Part shown: piece after piece, positions 51,127-64,000 of the stretch | How positions within the stretch are numbered: the stretch's first letter is position 1 | Layout: each line of letters starts with the position of its first letter | Assembly (NCBI GenBank): GCA_950097015.1 | Contig: CATNEN010000038.1 | Location: forward strand, 2,542,001 to 2,606,000 | Length of the DNA: 64,000 nucleotides | DNA from: Macrostomum hystrix | Lineage: Eukaryota > Animalia > Platyhelminthes | Direction: 5' to 3' | Made by a program: the position numbers and the translations under genes | The notes under the pieces: generated by a model | What the model saw: the letters and a program-made list of their open reading frames with translations, nothing else | Database searches by the model: none | What the model was told of the DNA's origin: nothing

Positions 51127-54100
51127 ATGGATGAGAGATACTGGTGGATAGTATCTCGAGTGCAACACTCTTTTAACGTCAGAGCGACTGAGGAAGCCCA
51201 TATATTCGCAGAAAACTTAAAGAAGCAAGCAAATCTCTCTCCTATAGAATCATTTTTCAGCAGATATGGCTCGAGGAGACTGTTTATTTATTTCAGCTCC
51301 ACAAAGAAATCAGTAGCTCTTGAAGATATAACAATCACCAATGACCCATCGGATATCACAGAAGCGACGTCAGGCAGCTTCTTTAAAATTCTTTATTTTC
51401 TTAGGTTGGACAACAGTGCCGAAGTCAGCCCAGTTGCGTATGAAAATGAGATATATTGTGGCGAAATTAACAGCTCTATACTCGAAAACTTAAATGACTT
51501 CTTGAACGACATAGTTCTACCATGCTCAAAGGCAAGACAGAACTGGGGCCTCTGCACAAACGACCAGAAAGGACAGATACTGTCATCGTTGGAAAAGTTC
51601 ACACAGGCTATCTCAGAGGCCTCGAGTTCTTCGTCGAAGTCATCTTATCAGAAGGTGAGTTCAGTATTGTAATTTTTCATAGTTTAGACTTAAGTACTAC
51701 TTGAACTATCGGAAATTCGGAATTGAAATCGTAGTATGGCACTTAAGAAATTAATTTAATTTAGATGGCAAAAAATTTAATTGGAATTCATAATTTCTTT
51801 TGCACATCGAGCTAAGGTTTATGTTGTATAAAAACACACAATATGAACATATCCGAGTCGATTTGATCGTTACAACTGAAAATTAATATAAAAACTCTTT
51901 ACAGAAGTGTTTCATTGGAGTATAAATTCAACAAAAAAAAATTGGGTAAATTTTTTTCCTACAAGGTCAGTTGAAATGTAGATTATAAATTTATGTATGA
52001 TACTGAATGTAGACTTCCGCTTGAGAGGGTAAAAGGGGTAAATGGGTACCATAGATAGTCAACGGACTGAACAGCTGTACAATGTTTGAAAGCTCATCGC
52101 AAAGGCTGCGGCTGTGCCAATGTCTATGCGATGTAAATTAAATTATTTTTTTTCTGGCACTAAATCAAAAAGGGCCGAATCAACAAAGTGGTTTCCGTGA
52201 ATCAATCTCGCAATTTTTGCACTTTTATCAAACGACCGACACTCTCAGATTCTGGACGTCCCGCCGGACGCGGCCGCCGCTGATTTCAAAGCAACTCGCC
52301 AGGCGGCGCACGATTCCGAACTCGTGCAGCGCTTTGAGGAAATCGTCACCTCCTGGATCGCCACCATCGAGAGCACCGTGCTGGCCGGAAGCGCCTCCGA
52401 CGCGCACAACCGCGAGGCCATCGTCGGCCCACTGGCTGAGCTGGACAAATGGCGCCGCCGGAACCGGATCCTGACGGCGCTCACGGAGCAACTGAAGAGC
52501 AAGGAGTGCAAGAACATAATCGGCGCACTGATCACCGCCAAGTCCAAGGTGCTCAAGAAGTGGAAGGCGGTGGACATTGCGTAAGTGCTTTGGAGAGAAG
52601 GATGAGCACGAAACACTAAGCGACGAAAGCTATCTCTTAAAATAATGTGTAGCGAAAACAGAACACCTACGAAAGCTGAAGGCACGGTGTTGCATTCACT
52701 GGGTGGAAACCAGAGACTGGTTTGGCGTGATACGCAAATCACATAGACTGCAAAGAAGGACAAGAGGGTGCGAAAAGTAAGAAATGTTTTCGACCGATGT
52801 CTTCTGCACTTTGGAAAGAAACGTAAAATAGAGAGATGGAACAGACGGAAAATTATAACGAAATAGATGGAAAATTTTGAATAAGCCTACAGACAGAGCA
52901 TGCACAGACACAGAGACTGTACTCAGGTGTGTACACCTTCTCTGACTTTCTTATCGTCAGGCAGTGTACACTCCCAATTATGGGCATAAACTGCACAATA
53001 AGCCCCCAAACCTTCTCTCCGCGGCTGCGCCCAAAATTAATATGGCGTCGCCGCGGAATCGAGCCCATGGACTCACGAGAGACAAACGCGTTAGCCGCTC
53101 TGCCACTCACCACAAAATGGGAGCCAAGGTTGCGGCAATTTAGTTGATTCAATCAAGCTTTCTGACTCCCCCAGAATCACCGACGCTGTCAACGATGCTC
53201 GAGACAAGCTGAAGTACTTGGACAGCCTGAAGAAGTACCTGGAGGACCTCTATTCTCCCAGCATCACGCCAGGCTTCATCATCAACCAGACGATACCGTC
53301 GGCTTTGATCACCATGAAGCAGATGGACAGCGCCAGCCGCTACTACAGTCGGTCAGGCTTTATGGGCCTGCTATTCAACCAGATCGCCAACCAGTTGGTG
53401 CTCTGCTTCAAGGACTACCTGCGCGCCCTACTGCTTAATGGCGTCGATGACGACCAGCTATGGATGGTGACGTTCAGAGAGGCGCGGTCGGCAAGAGCCG
53501 AGGACTTCGCCGACGGATCCGACAGGTTGAAGACCCCTTTTTGGTTGGGGATTATCGCTTTTTGAAATGGTTACATGGCATGACCGCTCAGACGCGTCAC
53601 ATAGCGATAGTCGTGGGGCCAAAAATGTCATGGACTCGAGCTCAGTGGCTTTGTTGCGAAAGCATAAATGGACATGCTGCACACAGAACGTCTTATACTT
53701 GTATTTCTAAATTGATTTAAAAAATCAGCTTTCCTGTTCGTTCAGGCAGCGAGCTTGCCACTCGGTTTTAATTAGTTCTAGACTTGCTCGGTTCCTGCCG
53801 ATCCCTTCAAATCGAGTCCCACCCGACACCGTCAGGCTGATCCGCGCCCACTTCGAGCAGAAGCTGGCGCAGGGCCGGCTGCACGGCAAGGCCGACATCA
53901 AGGAGTTCGACGCCAACGCCGCCACCCTGACGGGCCGCATCCGGGCCTGCCTGCTGGTGCAGCGGCTCATGCGAATCGCGCTGCGGCACTTCCGCGACAG
54001 CATCGGGGTCGGGGGGCACGGCGGAGCTAGCGCCTCGCAGGCAAGTAGCCAGCGAGCTCCCAGCGCCGGGGCCGCCACGGCGGGAGCTTCCGGAATCGCC

Positions 54101-57100
54101 ATTCAGGACGATGACGCCATTTTGAAGCATTTGGACGCATTCAGCGCCAGGCTACGACAGTTCCTCGATGTGCAGGTGATTAGCAAATAAATTAACATAC
54201 CCCATCCCAGACTGCATTCCGTACCCATCCCACACTGCATTCCGAACCCAATCCCACACCACATTCCGTACCCCATCCCAGACTGCATTCCGTACCCAAT
54301 CCCACACCGCATTCCGTACCCCATCCCACACTGCATTCCGTACCCCATCACACACTGCATTCCGTACCCCATCCCAGACTGCATTCCGTACCCCATCCCA
54401 CACCGCATTCTTTACCCAATCCCACACCGCATTCCGTACCCCATCCCACACCGCATTCCGTACCCCATCCCACACCGCATTCCGTACCCAATCCCACACT
54501 GCAGGCCTCGCTGAGCCAGATGTTCCGCCTGGTGCACACTGCCCGCAAGCTGCCCCGGCCGCGCAAGGAAGACCTGGAGATGGACGACTTGGAAGCCGCC
54601 TCCGCTGCCACCACTGCAACTTCCGCCGCAACGGCCGCAGCCGCAGCCGCTTCTTCTGCCGCAGCCGCTGCAGCTGCTCCAGCAGGCGGTGGTCACCTGG
54701 AAGCCATCGAGGAGGACAATGAGCAGCAGAGTTTGTCATTGGAAGGTGATGATCATCATCAGCAGCAGCAGCAGCAGTCTGCACAGGGCACCCCGCACGA
54801 CGCCGCCAATGACGAGGAGCTTCTCAGAAGCATCGCTCTCATGCGTGAGTTCTAGCCCATGTCTGTTCGATTGTTATCTCTCTTTTTATCGCTTTCGTGT
54901 TATCTCTTGTCGCCGAACGAAGTTTGCCTTTTCTTCAGTACTTGCCATCAGCATCTATGAACTGCGAAACTCTTTATTTATCTTTCAGAAATGCTCCACA
55001 CTCTAATGTAAGTAGCATTCTGTTAAATATGCACTCTAAAATGTACTTTTCACCGATAAAAATGCATGCCCTTTGTGTATGCAGAATCTTTACTATTCGG
55101 AGCATTAATAATAACTCCAAATTATTTGTCACGTGATCATTCGAATCAAGCACGGTGAAAAATGCCACACAAGGACTTCTTGGATATAACAAACGCTTTA
55201 AATATTGTCTTGAGCTTGCAGCCCCTGTGGTTTAGGCATAGGACTTCTGACCTGGAGTTCAAAAGCAATCTGTGTCCTTGAGGCACTTCAAAAATTCCTA
55301 GTGCTTTAGTTTACCAGGTTGTAAAATGGATGCCAGCATTAGCTGGGTTAGAAAGGATTGGTCGATCCAGTCGATACCATGGGAAGGACTGGGGTGAGTT
55401 GTCTCTGCGTTTATAGTGACTGGATAAACCAGTTATTGATTTCAGTTGGTTCTAGACTTATTTACTATTTCTCCATCAGTTCAGTGAAAAACATTGCTGA
55501 ATTTCGAAACTTTCCCAGGCAAATATTACGATTCCGAAGGCGAGGGCCCGAGCTTCAGTGGTGTTGTGAAGTCCTTCACTGATCGGGCAACTCGCCGACT
55601 CCAGGACAGCATCAGCACTAGCAGCTTGCTGGATGTGGAGAGCAAGGACAAGGAGAAGTTCACTGATGTCTACCGAGGCTTTGTGGACACGCTGAGCGAG
55701 CTGGAACAGTTCGCATCGGCCTACGTGCACACCATCTTCCAGTGGAAGTTCTACCCACAGGTAGGTTAACACTGTGTCCTGTTTCTGGGGGCGACAGATG
55801 CAATCACCGACTTACTCACCACACACCACAAAACACGCACCAGACACCAGACCACACAACACATAACACACAACACACACGGCACATCATAAACCACACA
55901 GCTCACCATAAACCACACAGCACACACCACACCACACGAAACACGCACACCAAAACATTGTGGCGTACAACGTAGAGCATTTAGCGCAGAGTGCTCTAGA
56001 CATTGAAAGTCGTGAATACTTCAGTTTTATTTTCAATCTTCACTAGCTATCGTTTGCGTAGTGCTCACGAAACATTGGTACTGTAGAACTGTACACGTCA
56101 TACTACCCGCAGGAGGCGCTGGACATTCTCCAGGCCCTGTCACCGATTGGTCATCGGCCGGCTGTGAAAGCTGCCCTGGCCGACAAGTTCGTGGAGATCT
56201 TTGGCCAGTTTGAGGAGCATCTGAACGACATCCGTCGGCTGTACGAGGAGGGCAAGACCGCTCCGCCGCGGGTGCGCAACTCGCCCCCAGTAGCGGGCGC
56301 CGTCAACTGGTCCAGGCAACTGCTCAAGCAGATTGAGGAGCCAATGAAGGTGAGCCATTGAGCACACTTTAGTTTGAGCTGTTCAGTTGACAACTACTAC
56401 GAGCGTAATTGTGAGGCAGAAATGCGAGGGGGTCAGTGGGAGAGCGGTTAACGCGTTTGCCTTTGACGCACCAAGGTCCCTGAGCTCGATTACTCGGCGA
56501 GGCTACATTAAGGCTTGGGGGGCTTGTCATGCAGTTTACGTCCTTGAGGGCCAACCTTCAAGGCACAGTGAAAATGTACACTGCCTGAAGATGAAAAAGT
56601 CTGGGCAGATGTTCACACCTGTGTGAGCGAGTGCCTGCTGTGTGCGTGTATGCTCAATAGACAGTGGAATGGGTGGAATTGCTTCCTCGCTGGCTGCGGG
56701 TCTAGTGTCACCAAATGATGTGCCATTGCCCGCAGCCCTCCTGCAATATTCATTATTATTATTCGGCAGAAATACTGTGGGTCTATGTACTTAAAAAACT
56801 GAAAATGGTTGCGTCGCAGGTGTTTCGCGACAACCCGGATGTAACCAGCCAGCTGGACTACCCGCGCATCGTCAAGATGTACAACAAGGTGGCCACCGCG
56901 CTAGCCGCATTCGAACAACTCTACCTGACTCAGTGGCGCTCTCAGATTGAAATAGCCAAGACTTCGCTGAACGCCACTCTGTTCGTGCGACACCCGGTGA
57001 CACGGGAGCTCATGGTCAATTTGGATGAGAAGGTGAGCAAGCAATGGCCACCTTTAGTAGTTTGATTTACGTCACAGTGGGGTGTACATCCGGCCTGAAA

Positions 57101-60100
57101 TATTCTGGTCATCTTCGTCTTAGTGCTTTGGAGTAATATCAAAAGGAAGTTTTCAGATTACTTTTTGAAGACCACCACCACCATCAGACCACCACCATCA
57201 GACCACCACCATCAGACCACCACCATCAGACCACCGACCATCAGACCACCACCGACCATCAGACCACCACCACCATCAGACCACCGCCATCAGACCACCA
57301 CCATCAGACCACCACCATCAGACCACCACCATCAGACCACCACCATCAGACCACCACCATCAGACCACCACCATCAGACCACCACCATCAGACCACCACC
57401 ATCAGACCACCGACCATCAGACCACCACCGACCATCAGACCACCACCACCATCAGACCACCGCCATCAGACTACCACCATCAGACCACCACCATCAGACC
57501 ACCACCATCAGACCACCACCATCAGACCACCACCATCAGACCACCGACCATCAGATCACCACCGACCATCAGACCACCACCACCATCAGACCACCGCCAT
57601 CAGACCACCACTATCAGACCACCACTATCAGATCACCACCATCAGACCACCACCGTCAGACCACCACTATCAGACCACCACCATCAGACCACCGCCATCA
57701 GACCACCACCATCAGACCACCACCATCAGACCACCGCCATCAGACCACCAGCAACCGTCAAGCTCCATCAGAGTAGAGAGAAACTAAGGTACTCAACACG
57801 ATTCGGCCAGATGTTCAGCCATTGGCGCTGCCTAAGCTATTGCCCGCCTTAACAAGACTCCTGTCCATGGCCTGGGGCCACAGTATCGTCAAAAGTTTCT
57901 ACCCCAGCATGTTAGGAGAAATTTATTAATTCAAAATTGATAATAGAAAAGTGGTGCGGGAAATGGCAAAGTGGTTATCAAGTATGCCTCACGCACCAAG
58001 GTCCCTGAGCTCGAATTCACAGAGCAGCCACGGAGAGAATGTTTGGGGGGCTTGTTTTGCAACTTACGCCCATGAGGGCCAACCTCCAAGGCACAGTGAC
58101 AGTGCACACTGCCTATTGATGAAAATATCAGATGTACACACCAGTTTGCTTGCTCGAACTTGGAATGGGCAGAATGGCCTGCAAGCTAGTAGGTCTACTG
58201 TCACCAAATGATTTGTTTGTGTCCGCAGCCCTCCCATAAATAATATTAGTATGTAGTGATAATTATACGAACTAGTTATAATACCTGATCCAGGTGCTCG
58301 AGCTGCTCCAGGAGACCAAATGGCTGATGCGCCTAGGCGTGAAGGTGCCAGAGGGCGCCCTGGCGGCCATGCAGCTGGCTCCACGCATCAAGCAGTTCGC
58401 CCAGCGACTGCGCGAGGTCCTGTCTCAGCACCGGGCCGCGCTGGCTAGAATTCCGGCCAATCTGGTGCAGCTGTTCCGCGGCCACGCCGACAAATGCTTT
58501 GAGACCTTCCAGCCCGGCCTGAACAACCTGGCCTGGAACAGCACCAACATCGACGGTTACCTGCATCAGCTGGACGCGTCCGTCCGGGCGCTGAACGCCG
58601 CCGTCACGGAGGTCAACGCCCTGCTAGAAGCTAAGGTCGAAGGTCAATTGCGTCAGATTGGATCAATGCTGATGTTCGACGAAGAGGCAGTGTTCAGCCG
58701 CAGCTGGGTGAGTGCTAGGGCAGATTTACACACCTGTGTGTGTGTCCTTGACGAATCCGTGTGCGATTGTTCAGGTGTCAGCGGAATAATAATTATTAGA
58801 CTCCTAAGACTCTAGAAATAAGCCGACAAAAATTCCTGTTCAGGAACCGGACAGTTTCCGGTCGGGCTTCGCGGCCTCGGTGCAGCGCCGCCAGCTGGAG
58901 CTGCAGGAGAGAACCAGCGTGATCGCGCAGGGCCTGGCTGAGATTGGCCAGCGACTGACCGTCAAACAGGTGAGACAATATTGGAGAGCATTGTGAAAGG
59001 CGGATTGCAATACTAGTCAGTGCTAGCACGCTTCATTAATAGTTCTTCAAGGTCACTCTCTGATTGGCTGAGAGGTTCGAGTGAGGCATTGATTTTCCAG
59101 AGAGTTAGAAATTTGAACACTAGTCACGAAAGCGCGATTGGGTGCATTTAGAGCATGCGCGCGTCAACGCAAGTTTCTACGAGCGTATAATATCTTGAAA
59201 TTTGACAAGAAAGGCAATTCTCTGGTGAAACATAATTTAGCACGACAGAACTAGTTCCAAACGGCATATGTAATTGCTTTTTCTACGCTCGTAGCCACTA
59301 CAGCCGCTCAGTCAGCAGCAGCAGCAGCAGGTACTGCCTACTACAGCCGAACTGGTCAAGTCCCTCAGCGAATACTACATAGCCGAACTATACCAGGCGG
59401 TGCTGTCCTCCACCAGCCGCTCCCTCGTCACCATCGCCGAGTCCACTGGCGTCGAGGACTCGCAGGTTCTGACGAGCCTCAGCGGCCTAGTCCGGTCTCG
59501 TCCGCAGTCGCGAGCCGCCTCCGCCGCAGCGGCCCGACGGCCGGCTACAGTCGACAGTGCCGCCGCTGCTGACATTCTCACTCTGGACGACTATCGGCGC
59601 TCCAAGGCGCAGGCCAGCGCAGCCCTGACCGCCGTGGCGAAGTTCTCGCATCCAGTCTGGTGCGACACCGACCAGGTCACCTACCTGCGCTTCTGCGTGG
59701 CCTTGTGCTACGTAGTTCCCAAGATTGTCATCCAGCCGGAGCTGGACTCCGTGCAGAGCGCCCTGTCAGCCGGGGTCGATCAGCTTTTTGCCAGCATCAG
59801 GGGTGAGTGGCTGTGCTAGGGCGCATTCACAACCAACTCTTTGTTTTCTTATTTATCCCGAATTCCTTCGGTCCCGCAGGCCTCAGCTGGCCAGGTCGCC
59901 AAGGCGTCGGCGTCGCATTCTGCTCGCAGCTGCTGTCGGACCCGACTATCGTCGAGCTCAACAGCCGTATTGGCGCCGTTACTCAGGGTGAGTGGCTGGC
60001 GTGAAGCCGTTTATTCAACTGAAAGATTATCCGACACATTTTCCGTATAATTTCAGACCTCTGGTCCCGCATTCGTAAATTAATCATCGAACTGGGCGTC

Positions 60101-63100
60101 TACGACTTCCTGTGGAAGGACAACCTGCCCACCAACCTGGGCGACTTCCTGGCCAGCCAGCCCAGCAACGGCATGCTCAGTCTGGAGGTCGACCGTCTGA
60201 TGGCTGTGGAGGACCGAGTCAACGGCCTGAAGCCAGAGTACTCGTTCGGCTGCGTGCAGCTGCAGACGCAGAAAGCTGTCGACGTGCTTCAGGGCTTCGT
60301 CCTGACCTGGAAGGAGGCCTTCGCCTCCGAGCTGCACAGCCGGGTGCGCCAGGAGCTCCAGGACGCCGTGGGCTATCGAACTCGGCAGGAGCGCGAGTTG
60401 TGTCATCTAGAGCATCAGCTGAACCCGGAGCTGGCGTCTGGCAGCGACGCCGGCGTTGGAGGCGGTGGCGTCAAAGGCCGGGTGACGCTTGACGACCTGA
60501 ATGTTGCCCTAAAACTTCTTGAGGAGCTTCGAGACATGGAGAACAAGGTGGACAAGATCTACCTGCCCATTGAGACCATGTACGCCAGGCTGCAATCCTA
60601 TAAGCTCAGCCTGCCTCGCTCGGAGATCGAAGAGTGCCACGGCCTGCGTGACAACTGGCTGAGGCTGACTAAACTAGCCGACCAGGTGCGAATGCAACTG
60701 CTCAAGGATCACCGCAGCCACTTTGAGCAGGAGTTAGACAAGCAGGTCAAGAACTTCGTGGTCGAGGTCATCCAGTTTCGCAATCAGTTTGACGCTCAGG
60801 TAATTAATTTAGAGCCTCTTTTTATAGCCTAGTTTAATCCACTGTCACGAGTGTCAATAAAGGCCACGGAACATTGCCGGAACATCACGAATTTTTTTTT
60901 CTGCATTATTTCAGTCTCATTGTTGGATAAGTTGTTTCGTTATTAATATACATGCTAGTTAATATTTCTGCCCTTGCTGCATATTAGGGGGCGATGGTAG
61001 AGCGCGTAACGCGATTGCCTCTCGCACCAAAGTCCCTGCGCATGATTCCGCGACAAGACCACATTCATTTGGGGCGCAGCCGCGGAGAGAAGGCTTGCGG
61101 GCTTGTCTTGCAATTTACGCCCTTCAGGGACAACCTCCAAGGCACAGTAAGAGTGTACACTGCCTGACGATGAGAAAGGCAGGGCAGATGTACACACCTG
61201 TGTGAGCGTGTGCCTGCGTACGGTATCTGTGCGCGTGTGTGCTCAGGAGTCAGCGGAATGGGAAGAATTGCTTCCTCGCTGGCTGCGTGTCTAGTGTCAC
61301 CAAATCGTGTGCCATTGCCCGCAGCCCTCTTGCAATTATTATTATTTTTTAATTGCTGCACATTTTGCAGGGTCCGTTCGTCCCAGATATCGAGCCGTTG
61401 GACGCAGTGAAACGCCTGCACAGATTCCAAGAAGTCTACGACCTGCACAGTCGCAAACGCCAGACCCTGGACTCGGTCAGCAAGTTGTTCGGCATTGTCA
61501 CTCGCCAGTTCGACGAGCTGGACCGCACTGGCGAGGAGCTGGTGCTGCTGAATCTCCTGTACGACCTGTTCCAGAAGTTCATCAGATTCGAAGAGAACTT
61601 TAGACAAGAGCTCTGGGAGGACGTCGACTTAGACCGGACTGTCAGTGAGGTCGAAGGATACTGGGACGAGAGCTTGGCGCTGCCCAGCAAACTGCGCGGC
61701 TGGGCTGCCCACCTGGACATGAAGGCGCGCATGCAGCGCTACCGGATGATGCTGCCACTGCTGAAGAAGCTTAAGTCAAAGGTCTGTGAGCTTGAAATTT
61801 ATTAATTCAAACCAGTGATCGGGTCAATCGATATTTGATATTAAAACTTCGCTGCTACCGCTGTGGCTGCGATAGAATCAGCGTGAGCGTTGTTTGTTTT
61901 GTGGCAGCAGTGGTGGATGTTGGTTGTGCGTTGGCTGTAGGGTTGGGTGTGTGACTTTGTGTTCGTTCTCCGGCGACAGAAAAATAGGTTGGGTGTTTGT
62001 TTGTTTTCAGGTGGCTGTGAAATGGGGTGGATGTTTGTTCTGCTACGGCTGCGACATGGGTGGATGTTTGTTTAGCGGTGGCTGTGAAATGGGGTCGATA
62101 TTTGTTTACCAGTGGCTGTGAAATGGGGTCGATATTTGTTTAGCGGTGGCTGTGAAATGGGGTCGATATTTTTTTAGCGGCGGCTGTGAAATGGGGTAGA
62201 TGTTTGTTTAGCGGTGGCTGTGAAATGGGGTGGATGTTTGCGATGCGTCGGCTGTAAAATGGGGTGGATGTTTGTTTAGCGGTGGCTGTGAAATGGGGTG
62301 GATGTTTGCTCTGCGGCGGCTGTGAAATGGGGTGGATGTTTGTTTAACGGTGGCTGTGAAATGGAGTGGATGTTTGCTTTGCGGCGGTTGTGAAATGGGG
62401 TGGATGTTTGTTTAGCGGTGGCTGTGAAATGGAGTGGATGTTTGCTTTGCGGCGGTTGTGAAATGGGGTGGATGTTTGTTTAGCGGTGGCTGTGAAATGG
62501 AGTGGATGTTTGTTCTTCGGCGGCGGAGTGGGGTGGGTGATAATCTGTAGAGGTGATGGAATATTTTGGCTTTTGGCCCGCCGCAGGGCTGGCACCGGGT
62601 GGTTGTCTGTCTGCGGCGGCGGTGGATTCGGTGAATCAGCTGCAAAAGTCGAGTGGGACTTCTGATTTGATTATCAGAAGCTTTACAAGTAACTTTAGTG
62701 CTTTACATGAAATTCGTGCTTCAAATAGTGCCTTTCACATGCCTATTGTTTGAGAGCTAAAAGAATAGAGCACAGATTTTAGTCAGATTCGCACAAACTA
62801 ACGTGCTTCTTGACTCGTCATCTTTCAAGCCTAACTGACTTCGCTCACATCCGCGCTTCGCTGCCCCACCTGACTTTCAGCGAATCCCCTGGCTAGAATC
62901 CGTGAGCCAAAAATGGAGAGGCTCAAATTTTTCTGTTGCAATATTCACCCAGAGTACATTTTTTTCTTTTAACTCGCTCACTTGGTGGCGGCAATGTTTT
63001 GTGGAATTAAAACTAAATGGAGGTATGGGATTTTGTAACTTTCCAAAATCTAATGATGATAATTAGTGCTATGTCAGGTCACCAGGTAATTTGATACTGC

Positions 63101-64000
63101 GTCATCTGGAATGACCTTGAGCTTCAGAAAACAATAGCTCGAATTCACTCTGCTCCCGTTCGCTCGCCATTCGGATTCAACTTGCCGTTTCTTTCGGTAA
63201 TAAGAGTACATTAGATTAAGGCCTATCACGTGACAGTTCTGAGCCAATCAGCGGCAAACAGTAATATCAGGGTCTGCAGCCAATAGAAGCTCTCTGGTGA
63301 TTTCCAAGGTCAGCTAATACGTGGTAGTATAAATTAACATTTGCAAAATTTGCGCGTAATGCGTGATCACTAGTTTTAACATTATTAGTGTTTTCTGGTT
63401 ATGGTTTGTTAAGTATTAAATTATGCAGAAAGAAACTGAAGTTTCGTAACGTCTGTCTAGAAACGAAAGAGATCCACATTCCGTTTTCTCCCCGAATCCA
63501 TTTTTTCTTCCAGGAAATCCGCTCGCGTCACTGGACCCAGGTGATGCAAATCACCGGTGTGAATTTCTCGCTTGAAAGAGAGACGTTCCGACTGAAGAAC
63601 CTGCTAGACATTGGCCTGCTCGAGTGAGTTCTCAGTTCCCAGGTGTATAATTAGAGACTTAACACAAGACATCTGCAAACAGCTTTTGCAACCACATGAA
63701 CCACATTCTCATAGACACGCCGAAGCGGTGGAGGAGGTCTGCCGAGCAGCTCAGAAGGAGCAGGAGCTCGAGCTGAAAATGAAGCAGATCGAAGAGGAAT
63801 GGACAGAGCAAGTCCTCAGCTTCCTACCCTACAAGCGCAAAGGCAACGTCCTGCTGGACAAGGCTGTGACGGAAAGGCTACTGGAGCAGCTGGAACATTC
63901 CCAGACGGAGCTCGCCGTCATGCTGACCAGCCGCCACATCGAGCCTCTGCGCGACGAGGCTGCCTCATGGGCCGAGAAGCTAAAGGACATCTTCCACGTT
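51127..64000 (+). CDS. Axonemal dynein heavy chain, DNAH5/8-related, N-terminal tail (runs off window). Exons ~51127-51654, 52249-52580, 53175-53525, 53782-54175, 54505-54844, 55519-55760, 56113-56349, 56820-57032, 58294-58707, 58844-58969, 59295-59802, 59880-59987, 60057-60799, 61371-61781, 63514-63623, 63715->64000
   Basis: DHC_N1 motifs GPLAELDKWRRR, ITDAVNDARDKLKYL, PPRVRNSPPVAGAVNWSRQLLKQIEEPM, YNKVATALAAFE; DHC_N2 motifs IRSRHWTQVM, AQKEQELELKMKQIEEEW. Phase-consistent GT-AG joins. Confidence 0.92.
52900..53107 (-). mobile_element. SINE family 1, partial copy
   Basis: Head and body match; internal deletion; no 3' tail. Confidence 0.8.
54198..54503. repeat. 24-bp minisatellite CCCCATCCCACAC(T/C)GCATTCCGTA filling a dynein intron
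   Basis: About 13 units; the last unit runs into the acceptor (...CCCACACTGCAG|). Confidence 0.95.
55222..55350 (+). mobile_element. SINE family 2, degenerate fragment
   Basis: TGTGTCCTTGAG...TTTAGTTTACCAGGTTGTAAAATGGATGCCAGCATTAGCTGGG matches the family 2 core. Confidence 0.6.
56429..56763 (+). mobile_element. SINE family 1 copy
   Basis: Head, body, structured tail and ATT repeats. Confidence 0.88.
57170..57750. repeat. ~14-bp repeat ACCACCACCATCAG
   Basis: Tandem units of variable length, intronic. Confidence 0.93.
57951..58245 (+). mobile_element. SINE family 1, old degenerate copy
   Basis: Collinear but diverged. Confidence 0.75.
60987..61345 (+). mobile_element. SINE family 1, full-length copy
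   Basis: Head, body, structured tail and (ATT)n; ends ~25 nt before a dynein acceptor. Confidence 0.9.
62000..62520. repeat. ~34-bp minisatellite GTGGCTGTGAAATGGGGTGGATGTTTGTTTAGCG
   Basis: About 15 units, intronic. Confidence 0.92.

Overview
Eukaryotic (animal) genomic DNA with GT-AG introns, GC-rich exons and introns full of minisatellites. The style suggests a free-living flatworm such as Macrostomum (inference only). In order: (1) an intact LOA/R1-group non-LTR retrotransposon (ORF1; APE-RT-RNase H-CCHC ORF2) lying antisense in an intron of a PLEKHG5/6/7-like RhoGEF gene (-); (2) a ~25 kb satellite-rich stretch with 20-bp and 29-bp arrays and an unidentified multi-exon minus-strand gene candidate; (3) a trachealess/NPAS1/3-like bHLH-PAS gene (+); (4) mitochondrial ATP synthase beta and subunit g genes in tandem on the minus strand; (5) the 5' part of a DNAH5/8-related axonemal dynein heavy chain (+). 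Two tRNA-derived SINE families and several MITE-like elements are interspersed. Main leads: a structured 3'-terminal RNA motif with a compensatory base change shared by the LINE and the commonest SINE; a candidate ATP synthase beta-g operon; 42-45 bp elements with TIRs, 8-bp TSDs and unrelated interiors; and tandem repeats built from splice-site motifs. All exon boundaries were read by eye.
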